NCBI RefSeq assembly: GCF_900167395.1
Contig: NZ_FUWK01000003.1
Location: 30,001 to 62,000, forward strand
Length of the DNA: 32,000 nucleotides
Direction: 5' to 3'
Origin: Nitrosomonas europaea
Lineage (GTDB): Bacteria; Pseudomonadota; Gammaproteobacteria; Burkholderiales; Nitrosomonadaceae
Below, one piece after another: positions 29,826 to 32,000 of this stretch. The notes below the pieces were generated by a model, which saw nothing but the letters and a program-made list of their open reading frames with translations, searched no databases and was not told where the DNA came from. Each line of letters opens with the position of its first letter. Position 1 is the first letter of the stretch. Both the position numbers and the translations under genes were made by a program.

Positions 29826-30743
29826 ATGAACATAACCGACACCAATATCCGGATGCTGGATGAGTTTACGGATGCCTTATGGTTGGAGGATGGTCTGTCC
29901 CGTAATACATTGGCCAGCTATCGGGCAGATCTGATGCAACTGGTTGAATGGCTCGGCCGGCAGCCAAGGACAAACGGATCATTGAGTGACGTAACACAAG
30001 CTGATTTGCTGGCTTTTCTGTCCGACAGGATCGGACAGGGGGTGAAAGCAAGTACTACTTGCAGGGCGCTCACCTGTATCAAACGGTTTTACCGGTATCT
30101 GTTACGCCAGGGGAAAATCCTGGCGGATCCTGCCACGAATATAGATAGTCCGAAAATCTCCCGCCATTTACCTGTAAGCCTGACTGAGACGGAGGTGGAA
30201 GCACTGCTGGCAGCACCGGACACCCGGCAGCCACTTGGTTTACGTGACCGTGCCATGCTGGAAATACTTTATGCTGCAGGGTTGCGTGTTTCAGAGCTGG
30301 TTGGATTAAGCATTTCCCAAATTCGCCAGGATATGGGAGTGGTGCGTATCTTAGGTAAGGGCAGCAAGGAGCGTCTGATTCCTCTGGGTGAGGAAGCATT
30401 GCACTGGCTGAGCTTGTATCTTCAGGAAGCGCGCCCGGTACTGCTGGCGGGCAAACATAGCAATATGTCATTCGTGACCACACGTGGTGATGCCATGACC
30501 CGCCAGGCATTCTGGTATCTGATCAAGCGCCATGCACGACAGGCAGGAATCGTAAAGCTGTTGTCTCCCCATACACTTCGCCATGCCTTTGCTACTCATT
30601 TACTCAATCATGGTGCTGATTTGCGAGTGGTGCAACTGTTGCTTGGCCATAGTGATATTTCAACTACGCAAATTTATACTCATGTTGCACGCGAGCGGCT
30701 GAAGCAGTTGCATGCCCGGCATCATCCAAGGGGGACGCTGTAA
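29826..30743 (+). CDS. xerD: Tyrosine recombinase XerD
   Basis: LDEFTDALWLEDGLSRNTLASYRADL aligns with the E. coli XerD N-terminus. Catalytic HTLRHAFATHLL and LLGHSDISTTQIYTHV. The start could also be 29817 or 29787. Confidence 0.9.
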   Translation: MNITDTNIRMLDEFTDALWLEDGLSRNTLASYRADLMQLVEWLGRQPRTNGSLSDVTQADLLAFLSDRIGQGVKASTTCRALTCIKRFYRYLLRQGKILADPATNIDSPKISRHLPVSLTETEVEALLAAPDTRQPLGLRDRAMLEILYAAGLRVSELVGLSISQIRQDMGVVRILGKGSKERLIPLGEEALHWLSLYLQEARPVLLAGKHSNMSFVTTRGDAMTRQAFWYLIKRHARQAGIVKLLSPHTLRHAFATHLLNHGADLRVVQLLLGHSDISTTQIYTHVARERLKQLHARHHPRGTL

Positions 30744-30806
30744 CTTGTGAGCCTTCGATGATGAGCTTTACACGGCGATCAGATTTGAATCGATTTGTGG
30801 AGAGTT

Positions 30807-30858
30807 TCTATGGCATACCTGATCGCGCAGTGAGTTTGCCCAACAGGCACGCCATAGA
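30807..30858 (+). terminator. Weak structured element between the convergent xerD and rne genes
   Basis: tctatggc (30807-30814) / gccataga (30851-30858), with inner cctg/cagg pairing and a following gattttcg. The loop is large and the T run is poor. Confidence 0.25.
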
Positions 30859-30879
30859 GATTTTCGCCTGACGATTGTA

Positions 30880-32000
30880 TCAGTCTCTGGTTTCCACTTG
30901 CACCAGAGGTTCTGCATTGTCAGCAGCAGGTTCTACCGAACGACGGGGCCGGCTGCGCGGCCTTCTGGAAGGCGCTGGAGGAACTTCTTCTGTCTCGGAT
31001 ATCTTATCCGGAGCTGTTTCTATCATGATCAATCCGCTCTGGGCGAGATCCGGTAACTCGATCGTTTGATGAGGATGCGGTTCAACCGTTACCTGATACT
31101 CGCTATCCGGTTCGCCGCGGGTATGGATTGTTTCAGTTTCAATGATCTCGGCGGACGCTGTTACCTGATTCTCAATGATATCGTTTGTCGGAGTCGAGCT
31201 GGTGTCCCCGACTGGTTCCACCGGGAGCAGGAGTATATTCTCGGTATCTTTGCTGTCATCATCAGAAGATACAACGGGTTCGACCGTTTCATTTTCTCCG
31301 ATTGGTATCACTTCATCCTGCCCGGTGGCCGTGTTCAGATTTATCTGATCTTCCCGGTCACGATGCAAACTTCCACGACGGCGGCGTGAACGGCCTCGTT
31401 TTTCTGTTTTTCTTTCACTGGTAGAGTCTGCTGTAGCAGCTGTATCTGCCGGTGTTGTCGATACATCGAGCTGATCACTTGCCACTTCGAGCTTCTGCGG
31501 CGGATTCTGGCGGCCATTTTTGCGATGTTGCCGATCATTGTCGGTAGCACGATCGGTAACAGGATGCTCTACTACTACAGGGTGATCGAGCAGTGACGAA
31601 TGGCCTGCTTCCTGCAATGATCCGTTTGCCGTTACCTGGGTACTGGTTTTCGTACGTTTGCTGCGGCCGCGATCGCGCCGGTTGCGACTACGTTCACCGC
31701 GAGAAGGTTTTGTCTGAGATTCTTCCGCAGCTTGATCGGTTTCTGTCCGGTTGCTGCCTGCCGGCCTGAACAGACTGAAGAATTTGTCCAGGAATGAAAG
31801 CTGTTCTCGAGGTTTTTCTTCAGGAACGGGGGCGGGTTGCTCGGGCTTGATACCGGTTACCGCTGCTTTGGGCCGGGTTGCCCGGGTCTCCTGGGAAATA
31901 GAGGGGAGTGTGACTTCTTCGGAGGTCTTTTCCACCATTTCGTAACTTGGCGGTAATTCGGTTGATTTGATGTCTTCATGGCGCAACCGGGTAATCGTGT
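30880..32000 (-). CDS. rne: Ribonuclease E, C-terminal non-catalytic (scaffold) half. The 5' part lies beyond the right window edge.
   Basis: The frame stays open to position 32000 (..TITRLRHEDIK.., like E. coli ..VLRVRKGEE.. at the end of the catalytic domain). An amphipathic LSFLDKFFSLF (31768-31800) resembles the RNase E membrane-targeting segment LLSRFFGALKALF. Arg-rich blocks RSRNRRDRGRSKR, KRGRSRRRRGS and SRRPRSRPRRS sit in an acidic, low-complexity context. Confidence 0.85.
   Translation of the reverse strand, partial: TITRLRHEDIKSTELPPSYEMVEKTSEEVTLPSISQETRATRPKAAVTGIKPEQPAPVPEEKPREQLSFLDKFFSLFRPAGSNRTETDQAAEESQTKPSRGERSRNRRDRGRSKRTKTSTQVTANGSLQEAGHSSLLDHPVVVEHPVTDRATDNDRQHRKNGRQNPPQKLEVASDQLDVSTTPADTAATADSTSERKTEKRGRSRRRRGSLHRDREDQINLNTATGQDEVIPIGENETVEPVVSSDDDSKDTENILLLPVEPVGDTSSTPTNDIIENQVTASAEIIETETIHTRGEPDSEYQVTVEPHPHQTIELPDLAQSGLIMIETAPDKISETEEVPPAPSRRPRSRPRRSVEPAADNAEPLVQVETRD

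Overview
This window reads as ordinary core chromosome, not an accessory island. I count 33 protein-coding genes, two of them cut by the window edges, and almost all are recognisable housekeeping genes. Gene order, left to right (minus strand marked '-'):
- lipA(-, partial), lipB(-), ybeD-like DUF493(-), dat(-), dacA-like(-)
- rplM, rpsI, argC
- a TM/coiled-coil protein overlapping a bactofilin gene
- recN(-), nadK(-)
- hrcA, hemH, M48 lipoprotein protease, phosphoribulokinase, uvrD
- polytopic membrane protein(-), thrB(-), DUF2782-like secreted protein(-), LOG-family protein(-)
- polA, DesA-type desaturase
- rpmG(-), rpmB(-), radC(-)
- coaBC, dut, DUF192
- ffh(-)
- ypjD-like, xerD
- rne C-terminal half(-, partial)

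The synteny is beta/gamma-proteobacterial. Examples are dacA-ybeD-lipB-lipA, radC-rpmBG divergent from coaBC-dut, ffh divergent from ypjD, and recN-nadK divergent from hrcA. Together with a stand-alone phosphoribulokinase gene and mid-range GC (hand-counted ~120-nt samples gave 41-57%), this suggests a Calvin-cycle autotrophic betaproteobacterium, possibly Nitrosomonas-like. That assignment is inference only.

I found no rRNA, tRNA, CRISPR array, transposase, integrase other than xerD, phage gene, toxin-antitoxin pair or recognisable defence gene. I cannot support a claim that the window holds a novel multi-gene system. The items most worth a second look are:
1. A 136-146 bp MITE-like nested palindrome with flanking direct repeats, sitting exactly on the stop codon of the ybeD-like gene.
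2. An uncharacterised TM/coiled-coil protein gene that overlaps a bactofilin gene by 20 nt.
3. Several conserved genes of unknown function embedded in housekeeping operons: DUF2782-like, DUF192 and a BPSS1780-like membrane protein.

All other long ORFs in the six-frame track are antisense shadows of these genes.
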